A DNA stretch of 64,000 nucleotides from Tubiluchus corallicola (GCA_030141605.1 JAQGDQ010000240.1:1-64000); one strand, 5' to 3'. Positions 48,809-62,699 are shown, numbered from the stretch's first letter. A program made the numbers and translations. Notes: generated from the letters alone by a model not told the origin.

Positions 48809-49639
48809 CTAAAAAACAAAGAATAGTTAAAACAAAAGATAACAACAACCTGATGCACAAAAACATGGCAGCAAATCCAAATGCAAATCGTATTAAATTT
48901 TGTGATTTTAACATGTTACTGCACGTACGACGCTACACATAGGGTTGCGAATGTCATACAATTTTAAGAACTAGTTCCAGTTCTTGATGTTGTGACAAGA
49001 TAAGAACAAATTCCAGTTCAACAAAACGACAAAAGGAACTGCTTCAAATTCCTAGTTCCTCTGAGTTCCCAGGAAAGAAACATTTCCTTTCGTAAAAAGG
49101 AACTTAGTTCACTTCCGATTCACACTTTTGTTTTTTTTTCCACTATGCATTGGTATAACCCTGGTAAGCTGGCGACTTTTAAGTATTTCTAGCGGATCAA
49201 TAATAAATTTTGTTTTTTATTGGGACATTACCAAAGAAAGCAAGGACGAAAATGCAAAATCTTAAAAGAATTGTAAATCTAGGGGGAAATTGGAAAGTTC
49301 CATTAACATTTTAAAAAAGAATACCAAAAAGTTCCAAACTTCCAATTCCGCGTTCCGGAAGGAACCAACTCCAGGAACTTCGTTCCATGAACCAAGTTCA
49401 ATTAAAGATTTTCATAACTCTGTGATTACACACGATGCCCTAAATGGACAACAAAATGCTGCACAAGTCAGAAGCCATTACTGTATACTGTTAACCGACT
49501 GTTCGCTCAAGAGATCCAAACCTCTTGCAGAGTCATCAGGTACTGACAACTATAAGTTTAGCATGAATGCATTGAAACAGCTAATAGAAGGAGAGTGTTG
49601 CAGTGATGGCAGCTGCTGAAAACATGGGGGATAAAATCG

Positions 49640-49880
49640 TTAATATTATCCGAGTTGGCCGTATCACTAGCTTGCACTTTTTCCCTCCGTATGTCCGTCT
49701 CCAAACAAGTCACCTGTCCAATGTGTCCACCTAGCCAACCGCTTCTGTTTTTACTTGTCCATTGCCCTATATATTGCCTGGCGGTTAGCATACCTGTAAA
49801 TGCATACACTCGTGCTTTTGTTCTTTTCTGTTTTTATTTATTGACTGTTCTGTTAATGTAACATGGCAATAAAAATTTTT
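49640..49880 (+). mobile_element. Probable LINE 3'-end remnant
   Basis: TCPMC....FLLVHCPIY resembles the decayed C-terminal CCHC knuckle of non-LTR ORF2 and is followed by a T-rich UTR and AATAAA. Confidence 0.4.
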
Positions 49881-52800
49881 TACTTCGAAATAAAAAGATT
49901 TTGTTAAACTTCACAGAAGGACAGCGTGTGATTTTCTTTCATTCGTTTATCTGTGCATTTGTTTAAATTTCACTCGTTCGTCCACAAATGCGCTAATACA
50001 CACTTTCATTTGTGCATCAGGTCATTATCTTAATAATTGTTCCTACGTTTTATATGTTTTATATGCATTTGATTACAGATTTATTTGTTTATTTATTTAT
50101 TGGTTCGCTTGCTCCTGGATGACCGTACAGTAATGTAATCAGTAATTTACCTAAACTAATAAAATAAACTTCGTCACTTTCTTTGCTCAGATTCAACTAG
50201 TTAAATGATGGCAATAAATTACCGTAGTACTACTTCAGCGATGTGTGCCGAAACACCATTAATAATAGTCAAGTCCCGTTCAAATTCAGGCGGTTTAATT
50301 CAATACACATACAGTAAATTTCTTATTTATTCAGTAGAAAAACAATTTCAATACAAAGTACTAGACCTACAGGAACTATTACAAAGGAAAAGTGGGGAAA
50401 ATTGAATTCTTCTATTGCGCAAGTGATTGAAATTCGTTGCACAAAACCGAATGTCACATTTCATTTGTGTAATTTCATTGAGTGAAGAATTTTACAATGA
50501 AATCAGCAAGGATTTTGTCTTGTAAGTCGCGTGCGCAAGTCAAGTGTTTAGTAACGCTTCACAAATTTCTGTTCGCTCAGCGGTGCAACTAGGAAGACAT
50601 GTTTTCTGCTTTTTTGTTCGTACCAGCACAAAATTTGATGAAAATCAACTTTACCCGTTGTAGCAGCTATGGCCGAGTGTGGTAGAAGAATGAAATTCAC
50701 TTATGCTTGCCACAGAATTGATTAAGTTGTCTGAGAAAAACAGTAAAGCATAACAGAACAATACGCAATTACATGTGGCTATATTGACAGTAAAGGGGGA
50801 ATTGTGGGAGGGGAATGACAGCGATAGGCTGTAGCCCAGCAATCATTTCTTTTACCAGTTTCATCAATGTTCGACTGATTAATATCGATCGACTGCTTGA
50901 GTGATTGATTGGATTATTGATTGACTTTTTCATTGATTGACTGACTGGCTGACTGATCGATCAATTCACACACTGATTCGCACACGCAATCGTTTTTTTC
51001 TCAAATGTTAAGCCTTAAGAAATTTTAGCACCTTATGTACGGATCTGCCCTGGGCCTTACAATTTATCAAAAGAAGATGTTCAATAATTCAGATTGTGTG
51101 GTCAATAGAACGGCACAGTAGAGGATGTGTCGAAATGGCAAACATCTTCAAATGCATTTGATCTTTATAAGCAAAGTTTGCAAGGGCAGCTCTAAGTTGT
51201 CTTGCACAGGGAGCATCCAGGACAGGGCATATGCAAGTTCACTAACAATCAGTTTGTTTGAGATGGTTTCTGCGGAAATAACGTGCAGTTTTCACTGCGT
51301 AATTTGATTTCTGACAACTTAATTTGTATCGTTCAACAAAATTAGACATTCGAGTATAACACTCTGAAGTTTATGACATTGATGGGGGCTTCACTATCGT
51401 GAGGCAACTTCTTAACTGTTGGATCAATGAAATTCTATCTGTATTTAGATGTGTGAAAAGATTTTTTAAATCCCTGGCTTTTCAGTCTAGGAATTTCTGC
51501 AATTTGTTAGGCTAAACAGGCAGGCAATATGCGTTCACAGTAGCTATGTACCAGTCTTCAGAAAAACCGATGCATCGGCAACCGATATAATTTCCTATGA
51601 TTGGCTCATTTTATAGGTTCAAAATATGATGCAGCTTAATTAGCTTTGTTTTAAAAATTTAGGTGAAAAAACTTAAAGCAAGAAATGCCAGAAATCATGC
51701 AGAAAATCTGCTACTATACGGAAATATTGCTTGAGTACGGGTACATAATGTCTTCATCAAGCTCAGCAGTTTTAGTCGTTATGGATTCATACAGGTTGTA
51801 ACTTGCTGTCAGATTCAGTAAGTTAGTGACGCTTACAAGCAAGTTGCTTTAGAGTTTAGGCGCTTGAACAGCAGTCAAGTTGAACTCGATACCTATAACA
51901 TATCTGTCCAGCGTAGCTATGATTGATTGCAATTCAACCAGTACACGGCACGTCGTGCCCAGAGTTAATCAAATGATATAATCGATAATTGGAGTTGATA
52001 ACGCGAGAGATATAGCTAGTTAGCCAATACAGACACTGTGTGATTGCAGTGAGGACGCTTGGATAAGTGCGTCTGCCATTAAATGAATTTTATTATTTTA
52101 CTAAGACAAACTGATCACTGTCACAATACTACTGGATATCTCGGATGGTGTGCTAGATATCAAACATACTTATACCAAAAAACATTAAAAAGTAAAAGTA
52201 CACAAAAGAAATGAGGAAAGACAAAGAAAAAAGAAAAAGTATGGAAAAAAGAAAAGAAAAAAGAAGAAAGAAAAGGGTAAAAAAGGAAGAAAGAAAGAAG
52301 GAAAATGTATTAACGAAAGGAGGAATGCAATAGGAAAAATGAAAGAAAGATCGGAAAGAATTTGTGATTATTCTGAAATATATCAATTGAAATTTAAAGC
52401 TTTCGTCAATAACTATTAAAGTTTGAGTTAACAGTTGACGAAATATACTACTTGACACCATTACGTTCCTACCTGATACAATATTTTATTGGTGGCCCAC
52501 TGCTTGTCTCAAACTTTTCCGCTGTGTTAACTACATAGCATTTCACCCTATGATGAGCAATTTTAGCTAATAATTTGATTACGCTAAATTTTCAAATTGT
52601 ATCAGGTTGCGTAATTAAAAGGAAAGCGAAAAAATATGAAGCAGAAGAGGAGAAAAAATAAAAGGGAAAGAAGACAAGAAAGAAAAAACAAGAAAAAGAA
52701 AAAATAACAATGATTATGACGACGACAGAGATGACTATGATGATAATGGTGATAATAATGATAACGATAATAACAATAGTAATGATGATGATGATGACTA

Positions 52801-55309
52801 TAACGATGATGGTCATAACGACGCTTAAAAAGACAACGTCTGATTGCGATGGAGGTTACAATGAAAACAGTAAGAAGAAGAAAAGAATTTAAAATTTAAG
52901 AAGAAGAAAAGAATTTAACCTTTTGAAAAAGTAGTATTTAAACTGCCACAATAATAAGGAGCTTTTGTTAAACACAGAAACAACAAAAAATCTCAAACAA
53001 ACAACCGCGTAAACTTGCACAGCTGCAAAACTGCCACTGATCTCAGGTCTAAGTTCAATGTAATCTCGACTGATACGATTCAATTTCTAATTCTCGAACA
53101 TGAATCCTCGCTTTCATTAGAAGCCTGGAGGATTAGAGGGACTGGAGTGTCTTTCATTCAGAATTTTCCTTACTGTCTTAACAAAGTTAGAGAAGTAATA
53201 GACTTGGCAAATAATCAATGTGACAAATCTAGCTAGGCTGGAGAGGTGGATCGAGTAATGGTGTATTGACCTATCTCTGACAAGCATTTTATTGATGGGT
53301 AGTCGAAGAAGTTCTTAGAGGTATGTCCTTCTGTGAGTAATGCTTTCCTTACACACTGTTCCTCAGTATATCGCATTGAGAAGTCAGGAAGGAAAGATCA
53401 CCTCTTATTTGCCGGTGGCTTAGTTTAATATTGGCTGATGAAAATTCATTCACAAAGTTTAAAACATGACTGACTTAAAGCACAAGAAAACTCTCAATTT
53501 GCATAAAGCATAAGAAATTCGTCTTGAGATTTTATATCACTTACATACTGCCTTTTTGCATATTAGACTTGCGTCGGCAATAACGCTGTATAAAAGATGT
53601 AAACTTACTCCAGCGATGACCGTTAGATGCAGCCATTTTGACGATCAGTCATTTGAAACAAATTTAGATAACATTCTGTAAAGTTTGAAAAAATAATCAC
53701 AGCATTCGTAGCGCACACGTCACCAACTACGTAAAATTCAAAATTACTGTATCTTGTCAAGCAAGATTAAAATGCGTTTTTGGATAGTGAGTGGCGCACC
53801 CTGGAGGGTGAGTCAGCGACATTTTACCAATTGGCACAAACATTTTAAATTGTTAGTCTAGTTACATAGGTCTTTCCAGTAGGTAAATGAAATGCTAAGT
53901 AATATAATTTTGCACGGAAAGTTTTTTGGGACATAGTTTAACATGTACTTTTCTTCCCCCTGACTGACGTTTGCGTGAGTGACGTCATGTAATGGCGCCG
54001 TCGGAGCAGTGTCGCTGGAGATTTAAAGAGAAAACGAACAAAAAATCCTTTCAACGCGAGTACGGTATACGCATAAAGTTGCTGTAAAGTAATACAATTT
54101 CTTAAGGCGATTTTTCTGAAACCTACTTTAGTTACCCTTTTCTTGTCCTTTAACAGGATTCAAAGATTTTGAATAGTGACTGATTAATACTTAATCTTAG
54201 CGATTTTGATTTTGCTTATCTAAAAAATTAAAATTGTCATTTTGGAACATTGCAGACAGCAATAAAGCACTGAATAACAGAACCAATTTATAAGGGATAG
54301 CTATAACAGGACCGGAATCCAGCTCATTGTCAAGAATAAGTCTCTAAGATGACATTATTGAACTGGTAAAGGCGTCTTAGCGAACTCTGATTGTGAATAC
54401 ATCCTCCCTCAACGAGATTTACAGCCAGAATCAATATGGTGAATAAAATTTCCCAAAGCGAGTAATGAACTCTGTAGTGACCATCCTTTCGCCGATCAGC
54501 TCTGGTCTTGCAGCCGTTGCTTAACTTCGCTCGCTAAGTACACATTGTGACCACTAGGGAAAATCAGCAAAAATTTCTAAAATTTTAAGAATTAAAAATG
54601 TCGGTGCAATTACAGCGTAGGTAAAGTGGTAACTCGCTTCCATTTTCTACTGATATTTTATTTATCGGATAAAAATAAATGTAATTATTTTTTGCAGGAG
54701 GATTGTCAATTACATACACCAAACACTTTTATTTCGTATTTCAGTTCATGTCAAAGAGCAATTTGGTCATTTATACGTTTCATAGTGTTTAATAAATCAA
54801 GGAAATGATCAGTATGCAGCCAAATTTCGCTCAAGAAGTGTTCTTAAGATTCACCAAAAATGTTTTGCTTCTGAGGTCAAGAGCCACAGCTCAATGTAAT
54901 ACAGCAATTTAATAAATACATTTTTATTACAACTGTTGATTACTCGTCATCCAAGGTTTAATTGATAAAATTGTTGCCTTTAATATCTGCATCCATGTGG
55001 TGAAACTGTTAAAAGTCAAAGTCAAGTTGCACAGAAATGATATCCTAAATGATGTTCAAAGTTGAATATAGCAGCAATCAAGTCGCAGGTGCCTTGAGTA
55101 CAGCATCAGCATCCTCCTGCTCGCCTATATAGTTTCTTAATGAATCTCCTGCTCGCTAATTTTGTTCGCCTGTATAGTTTCTTAATAAAATAAATGGGTA
55201 AAATAAATAAATTTTACGATTAAAATCTCTATTTCATAGTTCTGAACACACAACCATGTACATCGACTTTGCACATGGCAAAACTTTTGTAGCGAAAAGA
55301 AAAACTCGC

Positions 55310-55396
55310 AAAACAAACAAGCAAGCAAGCAAACAAACAAACAAACAAACACGCAAACAAACAAACAAACAAACAAACAAACGACCAAGCAAGCAA
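55310..55396. repeat. (AAAC)n/(AAGC)n microsatellite
   Basis: Directly visible. Confidence 0.92.
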
Positions 55397-56808
55397 ATTA
55401 GACAAAAGACAAACTGACTCCATAAATGAGAGGACAAACGACTTCATTAAATTTTATTCTGCGTTATTATGCAGTTAATTTACTTTATGAGAAGCGAATC
55501 ATATTATATTAAAAATTCAGAACAGACAAAGTCAAATGACATTCAGACTGTGGCTTCTTTTGAAGACTAGTCTATTACATGTCATTCCGTCATGTTAACA
55601 AGAGATCCGCTTTTTGTCCTGTCTTATCCTTGTACAAGTCAAACAATGTGGGTTTCATCTACAAAGGCATATCCAGGTGCAGGTGCCCAGATACTGAAGC
55701 AAATTAATGAAAATGTAAACATAAATCACATACTGAATCATGCTTTCGAAATGGGAAGTGCAAAAAGGAATGATAGGCGATTTTTAAATCACAAATGACA
55801 TCTACATACTAAGTTTAGTTACCCACAAGTGATTTCAATGCATGTATCAACCCGAACAACATCTATATATTAGACAGACACGACAAACAAAACTGGTTCT
55901 TAGAGGATATCTTATTACCATGTAGTATTCAAGAAAGATTGGAAAATTGGCTTCTTATTTGTGTAAAAGGATTTGCAATACTAGAAAGAGCACACAGTGT
56001 GCACATTGCCGAGCCTGTCTGATCTAGAACAACAGCACACATAATGATAAAATTACTTTATATATACGAATATGACTGAGTAAACCTATTTGTAACTGTT
56101 GAAGATGAGACAGACATCAGACACCACGAAAGTTTTGTTAATACTACTAGCTTCATTCTTTTTGTATCATTCTTTTTGCTTTGTTGGCTGCTCTCATCAG
56201 TTTAAAACCATAAAGTATATTTAATTTCCACAAGCTAAATAATAGCATCTTGTAAATATAAAGAAATGAAAAAATATGGCATTTTCTATTTTCTGTTCCA
56301 GTTCTTGTCTCTGTGATAATTTTTTCGGTTGTAAGCTACTTTGCTTATTGATGTTTAGGCAGTATTCACGACACCAAAGATCATCAATAGTCTGAACGCG
56401 TCTTTATTTTGCCACCTTGACCGCTACCTCACGTAATGCCGTTTGCTGACCTCTGTAGTATTCTTGTTTAAGGTTATAGTATTCAGAACGGTTCTCTAAT
56501 GACGTTAAATTCTCATTCAGCCTTAGCTTATAGACAACAGTTTAGGCCTAAAGTCCCTAAACTCAGCTAACCCTTTAATGAGAATCATGTGCAAACTAGC
56601 GAAGCATTTTTACTTAACAATGATCCTTCTATGTAGCTTAACAGATATACTAACACATACTTGACTAGTTAAATGAGCACAAAAGATGATTTATTAAAAG
56701 ATAAACTCGATACTTCAACTACCTAACGGCTGCCATTCTCAACAGTGTCTACAAGTTTAGATGATCAAAACGTTCAAACTTTAGATTTATACGTTTAAAC
56801 GTGTACGT

Positions 56809-56849
56809 ACTCTTGAGAATGGCTGCTATTACGAGTCGAAACATCGAGT
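56809..56849 (+). ncRNA. Minimal type-I hammerhead ribozyme-like motif (U3-A8 variant), probably from a Penelope-like element
   Basis: ACTC-TTGAGAA-T-GGCT(gctattacg)AGTC-GAAA-CA-TC^GAGT: stem I ACTC/GAGT, stem II GGCT/AGTC, minimal stem III; inverted degenerate twin at 56702-56746. Confidence 0.5.
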
Positions 56850-56913
56850 TTACGAAAAACTTAACAAGGGTGGAATAACAAATCGACGAGTCCCATCCAT
56901 AAATAAAATAAAA

Positions 56914-57036
56914 AATAGTTAATCACAACAAGGTTTATAAATAAAAAAGAGCATTTCGGGAAACCATATCATGCAGCAAGTTGATGACAGGAGCAGTGTT
57001 TTCCCGAAATGTCGCTTTTATTGTGATTAACTATAT
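56914..57036. repeat. Palindrome with degenerate hammerhead-like core
   Basis: atagttaatcacaa/ttgtgattaactat and catttcgggaaa/tttcccgaaatg arms; TTGATGA...TCCC-GAAA-TG-TC in the right arm. Confidence 0.6.
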
Positions 57037-57566
57037 TATTTTTACAACTACGTATTGAACAATTTGGAATGATTAATCTTTAGAAAGGAGGAAGAAGAGG
57101 AGAAAAAGGAGAAACCTGGTTATTTCAAGTGTTGCCCGAGTGTCCGTAATTAAAAACGATCGCTTTTAAAAAAATTATAAAACGCCCTAAACATCCTATT
57201 ACATACTTTATTTAGCAATGTCATTATTGTAAATGTCTATTAAACTTGCTGCTATATAATTGCCTGCTAATGGTGGCAAGCCTAGCGTTGACTGGGATAA
57301 GCTCAAATGCTTGGTGCGTGGCTCGATCTTCGAGTAATTGGGCAAAAATTACCACACTAAAGAGGAAAAGTTTAGTGGACATAGTACCATGAGTAAATTA
57401 CTTTAGCAAATTTCTCAATATGAGCTTGTTTCTTATGTAGACTGGAAATTGTACCTAAGTAAGTGCAGAACTTGACAAAGTTTGCTGGCTGCTTTAAAGT
57501 AAAACAATTGCAGGAATTTGTACAACTTAACAAAAGTGGTTCTTTGTTGTTCTTAGCAGGAATCAT

Positions 57567-57769
57567 GCTTTTATCAAATACAAACAGCACAATATGATTT
57601 TCTTTATATTGTTTGTTTGCTTTCAGAAGGCCTTTTCGTTGCTATGTCTTCAGTAAATCCAAAATTCACTCACAGATTCACTGAAAACGTGTGAAAGAAA
57701 AGGCCTTCAGGAATACAAGAAACTGTATAAGGAAAATCATAATGCGCTGTTTGTATTAAATACAAAAGC
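57567..57769. repeat. Inverted repeat with a hammerhead-like core in each arm
   Basis: aatacaaacagc/gctgtttgtatt and gaaggcctttt/aaaaggccttc; CTGAAGA..CGAAAAGGCCTTC (-) and CTGAAAA..GAAAAGGCCTTC (+). Confidence 0.65.
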
Positions 57770-58234
57770 TGTTTCTATGTTACTACCTCCGCGAAATAAT
57801 TATTTTTGATGAATGCAATGGTGTTAGAATGCAGGCCATTAGCTGTCTTGTCTTACTAATAGTATCAAGCGAATTATGCGAGGCAAATTAACATGATGGA
57901 GATGACAAGGAGATGAAGATGTGAGGCTCGTTTCTAAGCATGCAAGAAGCTGCGTTGCCAAGTGCGTAGGACAGAATTAGAGCTACTTTGTTGCGTAGCA
58001 ACCTGAGATGTCAGGTAGGATGTTAAAAAGGCCATAGTCACAATAATTGTTGCTTTATTCTTCTTCATAGAATTTGTGAAGAGGGCTTTGCGAAAGTCGG
58101 GGGTGTACCTATAGTTTCCATCATGTAAAATAGTGTAAACAATACTTTTTTCATTTTTTAGCGCTGCGCAATTCTTATGCAGTAAGAGTGATAAAAGCTG
58201 GAATTTCGCTTCGAGATCTGCAAGTTTGAATAGT

Positions 58235-58249
58235 GTCTGTCTACCTGCC

Positions 58250-58326
<77 letters not shown>

Positions 58327-58345
58327 GTCTCTCTGTCTGTCTGTC
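58235..58345. repeat. (CTGT)n microsatellite
   Basis: Directly visible. Confidence 0.95.
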
Positions 58346-61300
58346 TTATTAACTGAGCTCTCTATGCTGCACATAAAAAACTTAGTTTTTATGACTATCA
58401 CTCTGTGCAGAGTAAATAACAAACCCTTGCTGAAATCGAAATTTTCGTTGTCAAAAGTATGTGTGTGTGTGTGCGTGCGTGTGCGTGTGCGTGTGTGTTT
58501 GCTTCTGCATTTTCTGAAAAATAGCTTGTCTTCATATGCGAAAGTGTGGTTATGATAGTGTACGGGGATAGATCGTTTGCCTTTATAATATGTTGAGAAC
58601 TTGATTGTGGCTAAAACACAACGCAATACAATGTATAGGTGAAATTCAATAACTACCTAAACGCGAATAACGCAGTAAGTGAAAATAACCGAGTCTAAAT
58701 AACGTTTAACAATTAACAGGACCGTTGAATATTGACATTGGTGGTTCTGAAAAAAAACAAGTTTGACATTAATAGCCAATGTATGCCAGGCAGATTATAT
58801 GGCGAATAAAACATTTTATTCCCTTTCTCACAAAGCCTAAACAAATTTAATAAAGTAGTCATCATAAATTCGCCCTCTAATTCAAAAATTTAATAGTTTT
58901 TAGTTTCTTGTCATTTCCTAAACTCAACTAATGGCCATTGCAAACAGGTAAATACTCTTCGAACAGGTGACTGCCACTTGTGTTACATGCGAGAAGTGTT
59001 TGGGCATACTCTTAAATCAGGAGGTTTTACTTAAAAGCAAATTGTCAGCCATGCACAAAACTGAGTCATCATAATTAGTAGTTGGGCGGACAATACTCAG
59101 ATGTAAATGCGGTGAATGAATGTTCGGCTTTCAGTGATTCATAAGCTATGGCGCCTTGCAGCATTTTTATTACCGAAACCACAGTGCCAAACTAATATTG
59201 CACAGCTCTGCTCTAGCGGGCAATACACAGACAAATAAAATTATATTACATATTACCTCCGTGAAATCCTCACTACTTGACACGGTGCTACAGACTCCCT
59301 CTCTTTGCATACTTCGGAACAACTTCCAAAACTACGCCTGTGCATACGTGTACTGACTTGTTACATCACACTCAAGTCTTTGTGGACGCTTTTTTGCACA
59401 TAATTGCAACATCTGCAAAAAGAGGGCCTGCGTTTTCTGATCCTTCCCTTTGTCTGCATAATTTGTTTATCCTCATCATTACCACATTGTTAAATCAAAG
59501 AAACCAAATAAATCAAAGATTTATCTTCTTCAACTCCATCGATTCCAATTCAAAGTATTCTCAGGTGTCAAACAAGAAGATTACTTAAGATGAACAACAC
59601 TCGAATTCAGCAACTAATAACACTAAGCTTTTAGGATTTTAACGCTGTCTTTACTCTGTAAGTCTTTAAAACACGGGCCGTTTTACTTAGAAAAGCTATT
59701 AAAGCAATTGAAATTAAACTTTTGAACATTTCCACGTTATTTCCTATTCGCGGGTTAAGCCTGTCAGATACAAGCATATAAAATGGTTAGTTTACTTCTC
59801 GTAATATTATTTACTTCAACCTAGCGCATAAATAATTGCATAAACGGTGCATAAGTAATTAATTAGTCGTAATCGATTTAATCTGTGCATTTTTACTAAG
59901 TCGGAAACGACAGGAGTAACTAAATCTATGACGAAACGGCAGCAAATCTTATTTGGAAATCACAGAAAAAAAAGGAGTACGTAAGAGGTTAGTCCAGAAG
60001 CAAATTCAAAACTTAAGTCTTAGATGCAGCAGGTGTAGTTCGATCCATGAGACATCCAAGGCCGACGAAAATCATGAAAGCCTTTAGCAAATAAAAGTGC
60101 GTGAAAGAAGCTGCAGTTACACATCACGCATTTCGTACTAATAACTTGTCAAACGAAATGGTGCAACGGCGACAGTTCTTGTGTTTAGAAGTGACTTCTG
60201 TCTGCTCTTCAAGCCACCCCCAAACCGAACAGAACACGATAGGTTTCTAAAGAGAAGGTACAGCAGATAACCAAATAAAAGTTTGTAGAATGTTAAGAAA
60301 TTGCGAGTTGTGTTGATGCTCTTACAACAATTATCCACGTTAGTGACGTCATTTCCACGGCTTTATCAAGTGTTTCCACTTTATGTGTGTACTATAACCA
60401 TTCAATCGTCCTCGTTAGCGTGAACAAACATTAATTACGACAAACCTGTCCGGATGCGACACGTCCGATGAATGTTCCAGCTGGTGGTTGAAGCCGGTGA
60501 TCCAGGCTGCGCGCTGATGCGCCAGGAGGGAATCAATGGGAGAATAAGATTTATTGAGAATCTAGCCCGAGTAACTCGCTAACCGTGACTTGAAGAAACT
60601 AAGGTAAATGACAATCGCAATTAAAGTAAACAAAATGGTATGATGTCCGAGCAGCACCATGAACTAAGCAATGATCGCAGTTATTACAGTAGGACATTTC
60701 AAAATCCATAGAACAGGAATCATTTAATGAGCAACGTCAGACATTTTTGTTTTTGATATTTTAACAAAAATCAAGCATCTAGAATGAAAGAAGCAAAATT
60801 TAGGCAAGTACTAAGCGAAAGCCAATGTCGTCTTAAATTGGAAATATGAAATTTGAGCCTTGGGAATATAATAAAAACTGCAAAAACAGGTCAAATAAAA
60901 AAATTAAAGAAACAAGAAAGTCTTGTCATTACCCGTTTTTATGAAAAACTCTTTGAACGTTTTCTCGTGAAGCAAAAAGTTTTTTACGTTTTTATGTTAT
61001 TTTTACAGTTTTTTACCAGATATTTTTTCTAGCTATTAAAAACCCCATAACACTCGATTCAAGCAGTGGAAAAAGAAAAACAGCAGGAAGAAAAAGAGGA
61101 AAGCTATGAGCGTTTTATTACTAATTTCATGTGAAAGAACTACTTTCACGTAAGCAGATAAGAAATGTTGTTTTTTTAGGATCAAGAATAAAAACGCAAA
61201 AATAATTAAAACGGTGAGCATAATTACAACGAGAAGTTTGTTTAAACTGCAAACAAGCAGCAGTAATCTGATACTGTAATACTCATTATTATATTACATC

Positions 61301-61997
61301 GTAATTAAGCAATGACTAGCAGACAGACTAACAGGAAAGAGAAGAAAGTTACTGAAGCAGTAAAACGTGAGATGTTGCAGACAAATTAGCGCCAGGGATC
61401 AAATTACTCAAGAATTTTTGACTCGCAGTCACACAAGTAGTGGAAATAATTACTTTGTGACAAAAATGTCTACTAACAGTTCACCTCTTAACGCAAAGAA
61501 GAAATCCCGAAGTAGAGTACCAAGCTCAAGCAGTGACAAAAACAGAAACAGGCACGTAAAACATTCGTAGAGTTAGTGAGTACGGATCTGCCAAACCTTA
61601 TGCCAGACCCTCAGGTGATTTTAAAAATCTAATCACTAGCTACTATCTATACCGATGATACTCTGTATAAAATCTCATTAAAAGCGTGTCACATCGTATG
61701 TCATAAGGAGTACCTATAATTGGCTTTGAACTCGAATCGAAATTAATTAGCTTCCTCCTTGTAGTGCAAAAAGGCGAAACTTAATTCTTTTCTCACCATC
61801 ACAATACCAGGCTGGCTATTACTAATATAGGTATTTCATACTTTTTGACACGTCTAATGTTTGTTTGCATGGTTTACCTAGACGGATGAGGCAAAAGTGA
61901 TGACCTTACAAAAGTGATTATATTGAAAAAGGGCAATACCCAATTTTAAATTATTTGTATATTTATTTACCTGTATGTCTGTCTGTTTAACGAGATT

Positions 61998-62246
<249 letters not shown>

Positions 62247-62699
62247 TTTACCTCACTCCCGTTCTCCCCCTCTCTCACTCTCTCTCGCTCTCTTTCTTCT
62301 CTTGCTATTAATGTGAAGAAAGAAACGACAAAACTCCCTCAAAGCTGTAGTGAATCACATAGATACTGTTATCAAATACTTTTAATATGCATAATGTAAG
62401 TCTCGGTTGCCGGCGTTTAGACCATATTATCAGAGTTTGTTAACTGCATCTTTGTCATTCCTGCTGCGTCGTCAAAGTCACAAAACAAACTCATCTTTAT
62501 CAAAAAATGCTTTTGAATGGATGGCCATATCGTATCCGAATCGGTTGCTCAAACTGTATGCAATCGAATAAATGTAAATAGGCAGATTTTTCATGCAATT
62601 AAAATTCGATCGCTAGAATATCCGAACAAGCAAAATCCAAGAATGGCTATCATTAAGGATGATTACCATAAATTTCACATTAAATTAATGCACGACCAA

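Noticed and set aside
49495-49545. Possible hammerhead CTGATGA...CGAAC on the minus strand
   Set aside because: The stem II closing pair is C-C and the GAAA/UH geometry is missing
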